Assembly: GCA_013416795.1 (NCBI GenBank)
Contig: RQSC01001125.1
Location: 1 to 64,000, forward strand
Reading direction: 5' to 3'
From: Prasinococcaceae sp. CCMP 1430
Taxonomy: Eukaryota > Plantae > Prasinodermophyta
Length of the DNA stretch: 64,000 bases
In this document: one piece after another, positions 44,801-54,860 of the stretch
Layout: each line of letters begins with the position of its first letter
Position numbering within the stretch: position 1 is the first letter of the stretch
Position numbers and translations under genes: made by a program
Notes under the pieces: model-generated
The model's database searches: none
What the model was told of the DNA's origin: nothing
What the model saw: the letters and a program-made list of their open reading frames with translations, nothing else

Positions 44801-46413
44801 TGATGGCGCCTACAGCGAGGAAGCGTGCGAAGTGGCTTCCACTGCCGACCGGCGATGCGCGTGGTTCCCCGACGCGACAAGCCGAGCAGGCGTGGGCAGG
44901 TGCAAGGAGATTCACGACGAGAACCAGTGCGAGGCACGCTCCTCGCGCAGGAGCTGCGAGGGTAGTTGGGAGGACTGCATGTGGGCAAGCGGCGAGAGGT
45001 TCACGCGCTGTCAGAGCAGCCCTCAGTCGTGTCACGAATACAGCGAAAACGACGGCGAATTGATCTCGGCTTGCGCATCGCACGGCGACGGCACGACGTG
45101 CGCAGTGCGAACAGACTTGGAGTGGTCCAGCTGCGAAGATGTGCAATACGGCATACCTGGCGGCTGGAGTGTCGACCGCACTTATTGTGACGACGCCTCC
45201 GTAGAGGGGTGTTCGAGCAAGAGCAACCGCAAGGTTGGCTGCGTGGTGAGCGAGCCCACCTGGATGCATCCCGAGGGCGTGTGCGTTCTTGGGGCCACCG
45301 TCGCCGACGTCACCGAGCTCGAGATCGTCAGGGGGCGCGCGACGAGCGCCCTCGTGGGCACACGCGTGCGCGTCGAGGGAATCGTGACGGCGTCCGGGGT
45401 GGGCCCATCCGAAGAGTTCTCGTATGTGCAGCACGACGGCGCCGGCGTGGCGGTGCGATTGCCCTTGCGCAGGGGGCAGCGCGTTGCGATCACCGCGTAC
45501 GTGGGCTACGAGGTGCGACCGTGGATGCGCGCTCGTTCTCGCGTGGCGCGCGCATGCGCTTGGCGCTGGCGCGAGCGCCCATGCAAAGGTAGCTGACAGA
45601 ACGGGGCGGCGTCCCGCACGCGCGCGACGCGCACGCACACACTCACTACCGCCGAAAAGGACGGGCGGGCATCTCTCGCATTCCCCTCGGTGTCCTATCT
45701 GGGCGCCGCCACCAGCAAGGAGCTTCGGAATGCTGTGGCCGAGACCACCATCTCCGCGCTGCAGTACGACGTGGCCGTAGGCACGCTGGTATCTATACAG
45801 GGAGTGATGCTCGGCAACTCCTGGGGTGAATGGGACTACCCCAGGCGTTTCGACGCCTTCGATGGCAACTTCCGGGAGCTGCGAATCGCATTCAGGTGGT
45901 ACCTCAAGGAGGACGAGGACGATCATGACCTGGGCGAGCTGGATGTCTCCTCCGGTGACTACCTCGCGTCGGTCGTGGGGTTGGTGCTCATCATTGATGG
46001 TGCGCAATGCGCACGTGTGTGTCCGCCGCCTGCGCGTACAGCACTGCTTTTTCGTGGGTCGGAGTAGAGAGTGGCGTGGTGGGTGGTTTGCAAAGAGGAC
46101 AAGCGTGCAATGTGCTAACGCGATCCACCGCGGTCGGGCCCGCCGCCGCCGCGCCGCAGATGAGCTCACGCTCGTGCCGAGGGACCGCGACGACGTCGTG
46201 GTGGGCAGGCCCCCCGCGGACGACGACTCGAAGAAGAAGAAGAAGAAGAGCAAGAAGAAGGAATCGGCCAAGAAAGCCAAGAAGGCCAAGAAACTCTCCA
46301 AGAAGCAGGTCAAGAAGCTCTGCAAAAAGGCCAAGTCGAAGAAGAAGTGCAGGAAGGGCGACGCCAAGAAGCACTGCTCCTTTAGCAAGAAGAAGGGCTG
46401 CGCCCCGAAATAG
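38887..46413 (+). CDS. Large secreted Cys-rich mosaic protein (about 2,050 aa, 9 predicted exons: 38887-39038, 39193-39544, 39748-40058, 40215-40572, 40704-40824, 40967-~43134, ~43431-45512, 45660-45999, 46160-46413)
   Basis: Signal peptide MRAPARAAQLAAAWLLALAAAAGA. Phase-compatible GT-AG introns link successive Cys-rich ORFs. Nuclease-type OB-fold-like segment near the C-terminus; Lys/Cys-rich tail. Confidence 0.8.
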
Positions 46414-46764
46414 GCACAGGGCGCCACACGCGCTCGGGCGCCTGTAGCAGAAGACACGGGCGTGCACCTGCCCATTAGCGCACGCTCGGGGAAGGCAAGC
46501 CCGCAGCGCACGGGCTGTGCTCGTCATCGAGCGTGCCGCGGCTGCGCCCACGCGTTCGTAAGTCTTCCTGACGTTCCTGGCGCCGGCGCCCGCTTCCGTC
46601 GCGCGAAGCAGACAGAGGGGGGAGAAATGGAGGCTCGTTTAAAAATAAAAAATGGGGGCTTGTCCGTCCGGGAGACCTGGCACGCCGCTGCGCGCCACAC
46701 GCACGGGCGCGCGCGCACGCGCGCGCACACGTGCGTGCGAGCACACACACACGCACACACGCAC

Positions 46765-47409
46765 ATGAGTTATCTCATCCCGCACCTGGCCAACGGCTGG
46801 GAGGTTGACCAGGCCATCCTCAGCGAGGAGGAGCGCGTGGTGATCATGCGCTTTGGCACCGACGGCGACGCGACGTGCATGCTCATGGATGAGGTCCTCG
46901 CGGGCATCATGGACAAGATCAAGAACTTCGCAGGTGTGGAACGCCGGGCGAGAGCGCGCGAGCGCGAGCGCGAGCGCGAGCGCGAGCGCGAGTGCGTGCG
47001 CGTGCGCGTACGCTTGCGCCGCAGCCGCAGATGCGGCGCAACGCTGACGCGCTGCGGCGCAACGCTAACGCACCGGCGCGCCGCTGCTGTGCCCGTCTAC
47101 CCCACGCTCCCACCCACCCATCCCTCGCGTGCGCTGCGGACGAGTGCAGTCGTGTACTGCGTGGACAACCAGAAAGTGCCGGACTTCAACTCGATGTACG
47201 AGCTTTACGATCCGTGCACGGTCATGTTCTTCTTCCGGAACAAGCACATCATGGTGGACCTGGGCACGGGCAACAACAACAAGATCAACTGGGCGCTCAC
47301 CGACAAGCAAGAGTTCATCGACATCGTGGAGACCGTGTTCAAGGGCGCGAGGAAGGGCCGCGGCCTCGTGGTCTCGCCCAAGGACTACTCCACCAAGCTC
47401 CGGTACTAG
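46765..47409 (+). CDS. DIM1: U5 snRNP thioredoxin-like protein Dim1/TXNL4A; intron 46934-47149
   Basis: MSYLIPHLANGWEVDQAILSEEERVVIMRFG...CMLMDEVL; VPDFNSMYELYDPCTVMFFFRNKHIMVDLGTGNNNKINWA...KGRGLVVSPKDYSTKLRY. Confidence 0.97.
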   Translation: MSYLIPHLANGWEVDQAILSEEERVVIMRFGTDGDATCMLMDEVLAGIMDKIKNFAGVERRARARERERERERERECVRVRVRLRRSRRCGATLTRCGATLTHRRAAAVPVYPTLPPTHPSRALRTSAVVYCVDNQKVPDFNSMYELYDPCTVMFFFRNKHIMVDLGTGNNNKINWALTDKQEFIDIVETVFKGARKGRGLVVSPKDYSTKLRY

Positions 47410-47584
47410 CACCTGGGGTCGGGCAACCCACATACAGTATGTATACCACTCCCCAGTGTATTTGTATTCTTGCCGATGGCCCATCGCCCGCGCGCCTGCG
47501 CGCGTGGGCTGGCGCAGTGCGGTGCTCATGAGGGCGCGTGCTGCGCGCGCGGCCCTGCGCAGAGCAACATGTTCTTTACTGTGC

Positions 47585-48245
47585 CTACCAGGTTCCGACG
47601 GCGTGCTGCGAGGGGTTCTCATAGGCCTTGAGGTCCCACTTTGTGCCCACGGCGAACGGCTCGCTGATTTTGACACCCGCGTCCGTGACTGTGCCCATGA
47701 CGAACTTGTTGATTGAGTTCTTGTCGCGGTAGTAACACACGGACAGGCAGCGCTCCATCAGCGCGCGCGCCTCCACGGCGCTCATGTCCGGCCTGTGCTC
47801 AGCGCGCAGCAGCGGGATGGCCAGGTGGTTGCCGAAGCCCGTGGCAATCATGTCATCTTTGTACGCAATCCCCAGCAGGTTGACCGACCCCAGGAAGCTT
47901 TCCCCCTTGCTGCGACCGGCGACCACGAGCGAGTTCCACAACGGGTCGAGCTTCGAGCGCCTGTTGTACATCACGCGCGTCAGGTAGCTGTGGACCTCCT
48001 TGGGCTCCAGCGGTGCGCCGTCATCCTCACAGAAGTCGTCGGTGGCGATCTCGTCCAGGTACTTCATGATCTGTGTGGCGTCCGACACCTCGCCGCCGAA
48101 ACCAAGGCACGTCGTCTCGTTCACCTTCTTAATGCGCACGACGTCCTTGTAGCGCAAGGTCGAGCCGTAGGCGGCCAGTGTGTCCGCGGCGATCATCACG
48201 CCGTCCGCGTACGTGAACGCCACCACGGATGTGCCCGTCACGTAC
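47585..48245 (-). CDS. PBG1: 20S proteasome subunit beta-7 (PSMB4/PBG1 type); main exon; short upstream propeptide exon(s) unresolved (about 48340-48600)
   Basis: YVTGTSVVAFTYADGVMIAADTLAAYGSTLRYKDV, GEVSDATQI, YLTRVMYNRRSKLDPLWNSLVVAG, ATGFGNHLAIPLLR, YYRDKNSINKF. Confidence 0.95.
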
Positions 48246-49193
48246 TGGGTTGCGCGCGGCAGCGGCAACAGGCGCAGGCATCAGACCGCGTTTTCGCACC
48301 GCGGCAGCGAGCGTTGGGCGAGGCGAGTGGGTCAGCGTACGTGCTCGGCCGCGCGTGAATGGCACTCGCAGCGAGCGCGGCCGTGAGCAGTCAATCAAAG
48401 GTCGGCGCTCTGGGAGCGGCATTCCCGAGCGCCCCGCCGCGGTGCTCCTGCGCAGCGCCATGCTGCACGCACCGGGTACTTTGTGTGCGACTTCGGCCCC
48501 GCGCGCCCGGGCAGCTCCACCGCCGGCGGCGCCGACCGCGCGGGCGCGACGCCACGCGAGCGAGCGCATGCGATCCTGCCGGCATCTGGAACGCCATATC
48601 GCGCGCCGTCGCCCGCACGGGCGGGGGTGCGAGGCGGCGCCCCTCGCGCCTCGTGCGCGCAGTGGGCTGCGCAGCACGTGCCGAGCGCGTCGCGCGCGCG
48701 CGCGCCGGCAGATCTTCCGCTCGCCGAAACCGCTGCGCCGAAAGCGCTGCGCTCCGCAGTTTCGATTGGCGATCCGCAGCCCGCGGCGCGCATGGGCGCC
48801 CATAGCGGAACGCAGAGCGCAGGACCGGACGGGACTTTGAAATCCGCACGCGGGTGCCAACGCGATACCAATGCGCAATGCGAACATATTGACATTGGTG
48901 CATGCAGGTGCACCTGCACAGCGCACGCGCGGTCCTCCACTGCGTGCGCCGCGATGAGCGGCCAGTGAGTGCGGGCGCTGCAGAGCCCCCCGTGCACGGC
49001 ATGGCACAGCGCGGTGCAGGCAGGGCTGCACAGAGCGCGCGCAGCGCAGGGGAGTGCGGTGGAGCGAGAGCGAGCGGTGGAGAATTGATTGAAGGTGTTG
49101 TAGTTACATGTGCGGCGCCGCTCTGTGGTGCCGCCCCGCCGCGGGGAAGAGTGCCCGCGCGGCGAGGCCCTGGCAGAAAGGCGTAGCTTAGAA

Positions 49194-50060
49194 TTACTTG
49201 GCGACAGGGATGGTCGCCTTCACCGCAGCGGCGAGATCCGCGTCGGTGGTCCACGGCGGGAAGCTCCACTTCTTGTCCACCTTCGCGAGCGGGCGAGCGG
49301 GCGGGCGGGCAGACGCATTCGCAGCGAGCGCGAGGGATCACGCGGCGCGGCGCAGGCAGAGGTCAGGGCGCGTGCGCATGTCCATGTCAGCGCTAGCGCA
49401 GGCATGTGCGCGCTTGCCGGCGCGCTGCACGCAGGATTTCCCAACGAGCGCTTCCGCCGCGAGCGTTGCCGGCAAGGCCGCGCGGTCGCGCACAGGCGAA
49501 CGCACCATCGTCGTGACGTCGTACTCGTGGTCCGGGACCGCCGGCTGAGTGTTCTCGATGAATTTGCCGTAGAAGCGGCCGGACAGAGTGAGCCAGTCCG
49601 TGCCGCGGACATGGACGCCGGCCTCGAGGAGGCCCCAGTAAATCATGCCGAGGCAAACGTAGAGGGTAAGCAGGATTGCCGTGATGCGCGCCCAGTCCTT
49701 GGGGTAGATGCCAAGGATCTTGCCGGCGTTGCTCTGTTGAAGAGGATCAGTGGGGATGAGGGGAGGGGGGGGGGGGGTAGAAGGACCGTCAGTGCGTGCG
49801 CTGCACGTGCACTTGTGCCGGCGCACATCACATTCCTTTCCACACTGGGCACAAGCACGCGCGCGCACGCCCACACGCAGACGGCACCGGGACCGCTCGG
49901 CAGCGTGGGCCCGCGAGCACGCATGCACGACCGGGCGCGATCCCTACGGCGCCTGCAGGTGCATCAGCGGCAGCGGCCGGCCGCGGCCACCGCTGCTGCA
50001 GCCGCCCCGCCCACTGGCGGGTGGGCGGTGGATGGGTTTGGGACGGAGCGGCGCTGCCAT
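49194..50060 (-). CDS. Small single-pass membrane protein; confident exons 49733-49506 and 49280-49194, first exon uncertain (candidate ATG 50060); TM region resembles the Na+/K+-ATPase beta subunit
   Basis: CTGAT branch point + CAG acceptor at 49734-49736, GTGCGT donor at 49505, GC3-rich codons; SNAGKILGIYPKDWARITAILLTLYVCLGMIYWGLLEAG...YDVTTM|VDKKWSFPPWTTDADLAAAVKATIPVAK*. Confidence 0.75.
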
Positions 50061-50636
50061 TTTTCCTGCCGCATTTCGTGCGCTTTTCCCCAGCAGGCTT
50101 GCGGGCGCGCGCGCCGGGGTGTGCCCACTCCTCCCGCCTCCCTCCCTCCCTCTCCACGCCCCCGATCGACGCGCTCGAGGTTCGGGCGGGACGCGCGTCG
50201 CAAGTGCCGTGATGGCATCGCGGAGGTGCGCGCGCGGGCGTGCAGGGATAGGCGCGCGCGGCCGACGTCGCGCGCGCGCGCGCGCGAGCACCCCCGCCCG
50301 CCCACCCCAAAAAGCCCAAAAAACGGTGCAAAAAGTGACAAGAGAAAACCCTCAGCGTACACACGCACGCACAGGGGCGCGGGCGTGCACGCACTGGGGC
50401 CACGCCGTCGCCAACCGACGCGCGCACCTGCCAATCGCAAACACGCGTCCGCGCGCCTTCGGATTGGGAGCAGTCAAGCAGCGCGTCGATTCATGGAGTC
50501 TGGTCAGAGGCGCGGAGCGAGACTCAGGGGCAAGTGTCAAACTCAAGTTTTGCGTTCAACAACATTGGCGTGTGTGATCCAGCGACAAGCGCAACGGCGT
50601 CTGTCGCCACGGGTGGCGCGTGGGCCGTGCCGACGC

Positions 50637-50891
50637 TTAGCGGCCGGCATCCGCGACGATGAGCTCCAGCGGCTTCTGCACGGTGGGGGCGTACACGCCG
50701 CTGGCGAACACCAGCGCCACGCCCGAGCCCACGATCACCAGGGTGAGGATCCAGCCGAGGACCACCTTGCCCAGCAGCTTGTAGTTGACGCCCTTCGAGC
50801 CCTCCATCCACGCAACGGCGGAGGTGGCGCCCACCTGGCAATGCGTGGTGGACAGCGGCCAGCCCTGGCGCGAGCCGATGATGATCACCAG
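50637..50891 (-). CDS. C-terminal fragment of a PiT/SLC20 (PHO4/PTB-like) phosphate transporter; the rest is missing at the single-N join 50892
   Basis: IIGSRQGWPLSTTHCQVGATSAVAW...GVNYKLLGKVVLGWILTL is the second PiT signature. Confidence 0.85.
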   Translation of the reverse strand: MVIIIGSRQGWPLSTTHCQVGATSAVAWMEGSKGVNYKLLGKVVLGWILTLVIVGSGVALVFASGVYAPTVQKPLELIVADAGR

Positions 50892-51438
50892 NACGCGCGC
50901 GCGCCGGGCGACCGGCCGCGGGACGCCGCGTTTCGGCGCCGCGCCACCGCGTTTTATTAGACTAGACTAGACTACATATTCGTAGTTTTATTTGGCTCCC
51001 GCCGTGACACATTCTCTGACGCGCGGCGTGGGGCGAATGCGCTTTGACGAGTCAAAATCAAAATCAAAATAAAAATAAAAATAAAAAAGCCGTCGGTGGC
51101 ACAGGCCAAACAGCAGGCAGCAGGAGCGTGCGACCCACGAAAAAGCAACACGAAAACCTCTCAACCGCACGCACTTTTTAATCTAAGAAAAAGAACAGAA
51201 AAGAAGAGAAAAACGGGCGAAAAAAAAAGGCGGCCGGACGCGGCACCCGAACGGGCGGGGAGCGGCGACGCGCCGGTCCGCGCCGCGCGCGGGAGCGCAG
51301 CGCTCGCGGCGGCGGGCGACGCGTCTGCGGCGTGGGTGCGTGTGCGTGTGCGTGTGTCTGTGTGTGTGTGGCCAGGGGGCGTCAGACGCACGCCTTGGCG
51401 CGCGGGGGGTGCCGGCGCGGGCGCGCGCGGGGGTAGCG

Positions 51439-51987
51439 ATGGACGAGGACGAGCAGGGGCTCACCGAGGAGCAGCTCGTCGACCATGAGGAGATGGACAC
51501 GATCATCCGCGAGGTGCGCGAGCGGCCGCGCGGGCGAGGCGGGCGCCGCCGGTGTGTGGACGAGTCGGAGGCCGCGTGACAGCGCGCGTTGGCGAGTGGC
51601 ATGTCCCTGGCGCGCGCGATCGGATGTTCCCGTCGCCTGCGCGCGCCCCCCTCGGCGCGGCTGGTGTCGGCGAGAAAGCGCTGACGGCCATGCGCACGCG
51701 CGCACGAACCGCAGTCGATCGAATCGGTGCTGAACGACCAGTCGTTCGCGCTGGCAAAGATTGACACGTGGTCGAACAACGTCATCGAGGCATGCCTCAA
51801 GCGCTGCTCGGCGCTGGGCAAGCCTTTCAAATACGTGGCCACAGCGCACCTCGCGCAGAAGGCCGGCGCGGGCATGCACGTGGCGAGCACGAGCCTCACC
51901 GACCCGCGGACCGATGGCAAACTCTCAGTCACGTGGGGCAACAACACCATGCAGTGCGTGGTCACTGTCTACTGGGTTTCTATCTAG
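51439..51987 (+). CDS. TCTEX1: Dynein light chain Tctex1/DYNLT type; intron 51514-51714
   Basis: TIIRE|SIESVL...WSNNVIEACLKRC..LGKPFKYV....QK.GAGMHVAS....D..TDG...V.W.N.TMQCVVTVY. Confidence 0.93.
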
Positions 51988-52184
51988 CTAGGCACGCGTA
52001 CATGCGCACGCGGGCGTGGGAATGGCGTCGCGACCGCGGACACGCGCGCGCATGTTTGTTCAATATGTGCATGAGTAGGACAGACTCTCTCCCTCTCTCG
52101 CGCGCGCTTGCGCTGCGTGCGGGAAGTTGTGTACATACATTTACAGCAGCACGTCCTGATGGCTCGGTTTTGTGGCACGCAGCC

Positions 52185-53830
52185 TCACGGCAGCCTGTGG
52201 GTGGCATCTGCCAACAGGCCGGCGTGCGTGCACTCGAACGCACGGTGCTTGTAGACGAACATGGCCACGTGCGTCACGGCCACGTATGCGAGAGCGAGCG
52301 CCGTGCGCGTGCTCATGCCTCGAGGCAGAACGCGCGTGGCACCGCGCGAGGTCGACGTCGACGGCTTGGACGTGCGCGGCTCGCCATCCTCCGCCTCGAT
52401 CGTGATGCTCGAGAGCGGAACGTGCAGGCTCTCGAGAGCACTCTTGCGCGGCGCGCGCCGACTGGCGCTTGCTGTCGTCGCCTGTGCGTGCGCGCGCGCA
52501 TCCTCGGCATCGCGACGAGCGTGCTCCGCGGCATCCTCCGCAGCGGTGACGCGCGCGCGAAGCGCGGCGATTTCGTCGGCGCCGACCTCAGCAACACTTG
52601 CCCTGCGAACAGAGCTCGCCTCCTGGGCGCGCTCCGCCGCTGCGCGCGCCTCGGCCTGGGCAGTCGCAGCGCGCTCGTCTGCGGCGCGGCGTGCCATGGC
52701 GAGCTCGCGTGCGTCGTCGTTTGCTGCGGCGGCGCGCACCTCGGCCTCGGCGATCAGCTTGCGCGCATTGGCAAGCTCCCCCTCAGCGGCGGCCGCTCGC
52801 GTCTCGGCCGCACTCGCCGCAGCCTCGACCGCGGAGAGCTTGGCAGCGCTTGCCGCGTGCGTACTCGCGAGTGCAGCGGTGAGCTCCTCCTCACGCGCGG
52901 CACGCGACGCGGCTTCGGCGCGAAGCGCCGCATTGCGCGAACGCTCCGAGTCTGCCTCTTCCGCTCTTGTCGCGGCCTCGGCGCGTGCCATGACCAGTGC
53001 GTCGCGTTCGCGCGCGAGCTCGGTTCGCAGCGCCGTGACTTCCGCCTGCAGCGCACCCTGCACGTTCACGGCCTCGTCGCGCACCCGCGCTGCAGCCGCA
53101 TCGAGCGTTGCGCTGAACGTCGCCGCGCGTCGCGCGTTCGCCTCCTCGACTTCAGCAACGCGCGCCTCGGCGGCGTCTGCTCGCTGGATCGCCTCCGAAA
53201 GCGTGCGCTCTGCGGCCTCGGCGCGCAGCATCGCCGCCTCTCGTGCGCTCTCCGCGGCGAGCGCCGCGTCCCTCGCGAGCGCCGCGTCCTCGCTCGCCGC
53301 TCGTGCGGCCTCGCGCAGCGCTCCTGCTTCGGCGCGCTCCGCCTCAGCAACGCGTTGGGCAGCTGCGCAGCGCTCCTCCAATGCGAGCGCCTCAGCGGCG
53401 CCGCCGTTCGCTCTTGCAGCGCCACGCTTCAGCTCTGCCAGCTCCGCGCCCACGCGATGCGCCTCCGCGCGCGCCTCCTTCGCCTGCCGCCTGTACGCGT
53501 CGGCCGCTCCAGCGCTGCTCTCGGCGGCGTCGCTCGCACGCGCGCGCTCGCCAGCAGCCGCGCGCAGCTCCTTCTCCGCGCGTGCGCAATCTGCCCGCAG
53601 CGCGTCTCGCTCGGCACGCAGGGCGGCCGCCTCGTCCGCGGACGCGTCTGCCTCAGCCTGCAGGCCCCGCATGCGCGTCTCCAGGCGCTCGGCGAGCGCC
53701 GCGACGCGCGCCTCAGTCGCGCGCCTCTCGTCGGCCTCTCGCGCCGCAGCATCGCGCGAGGCGGCGGCGTCCGCCTGCGCCACCGCCAGCGCCGCGCGTA
53801 GCGCCGCCTCCCCCGACGGCCCGCCCACGT
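52185..53830 (-). CDS. Long coiled-coil protein with a C-terminal TM anchor (golgin-84/CASP-like); 5' end unresolved
   Basis: About 450 aa of A/E/R heptads; terminal TM TALALAYVAVTHVAMFVY with the Y...H pattern of golgin-84/CASP anchors. Confidence 0.7.
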
Positions 53831-54700
53831 CCCCTGTCCCGACGCCGACGCCCGCCCCGCTCCGCGCGCCCGCCGCCGCGCCGCAGCCCCTGGCACGCCC
53901 TCGCGGCTCTCGAGCCCCCCAGCCCCCCACCACCCTCCTCGGGGAGGCGCACCTGCGCCGCCCGCGTGCCTGTGCCACCACCCTCCCCGCGCCTGCCGCT
54001 GCTGCCGCTGGCTGTCGCGAGGGACCCGAGCTGCGAGTTCAAACTCTGGCATGCACAGTCAACCACAGACCCTATTTTATGCCAAGGCGATTTTATCATC
54101 ATGACTTTACTGTATGGCGCTTTAGTGCGCATGCAAACCTTAATGTAGTAAACCTAAACCTCATCGCGCGCGCGCGCACGCGTTCCGTCCCGGCTGAGTC
54201 AGCGCCGGCGCCATATCTGGCAGCGCGGCGGGCGAGCGCGCTTGCGGCTCTGTACCGCGGGGCGTGTGACCGCACGTGCGTGTGCGTGTGGGTGGGTGGG
54301 TGGGTGGGTGCACGTCCCTACGTGAGCGTGCGTGCGTGTCTGTACGCGTGCCTGCGTGCGTGTGTGCCTTGTGCGTGCGGTGCGCGCGGCGGCGGCATAG
54401 CAGAGGTGTGGGGCGCCGCCAACTCGGGCCGCGACAGGCGCTGTGCCTGCAGCGACTGCTCGGTACGGAGGACGCCTTGGCTGTGCCGATGGCGGCGTTG
54501 GTGCAATCACTCTCGCACGTACGCACATGCGCACGCGCACGGGCACCCTCGCTCGCGCGCGGGCGCGCGGATGTGAGGGTGCGCGTCTTTCCCACGCGGC
54601 GCTGCGAGCGGCTGCTGCCGCCGATGCACGCCACCAAGGAGGGCAGCGCTGCAGGGGGTGAGGGCCGCGACGTGTCGCCGCAGCCGCGCGACACGTCGGG

Positions 54701-54860
54701 AATGTACAACCCCGACCGCGCGGGCGTACGCGCATCTGAGGACCCCGAGCACACCGTCGAGGCGCTCTTCGACTCGGTGATCGTCGTCGGCTTCCTCGCG
54801 CTGCTGGCGCTCGTCGGCGTTGTCGTCGTCGTCCTCGCGCCGGCCGCGGACAACTACTAG
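54701..54860 (+). CDS. Possible last exon of a small tail-anchored membrane protein
   Basis: GC3-rich codons encoding FDSVIVVGFLALLALVGVVVVVLAPAADNY*; 5' structure unclear. Confidence 0.4.

Noticed and set aside
48245-48600. Apparent loss of the 'PY' residues before VTGTS in proteasome beta-7
   Set aside because: The upstream exon structure is unresolved (a possible micro-exon), so no claim can be made.
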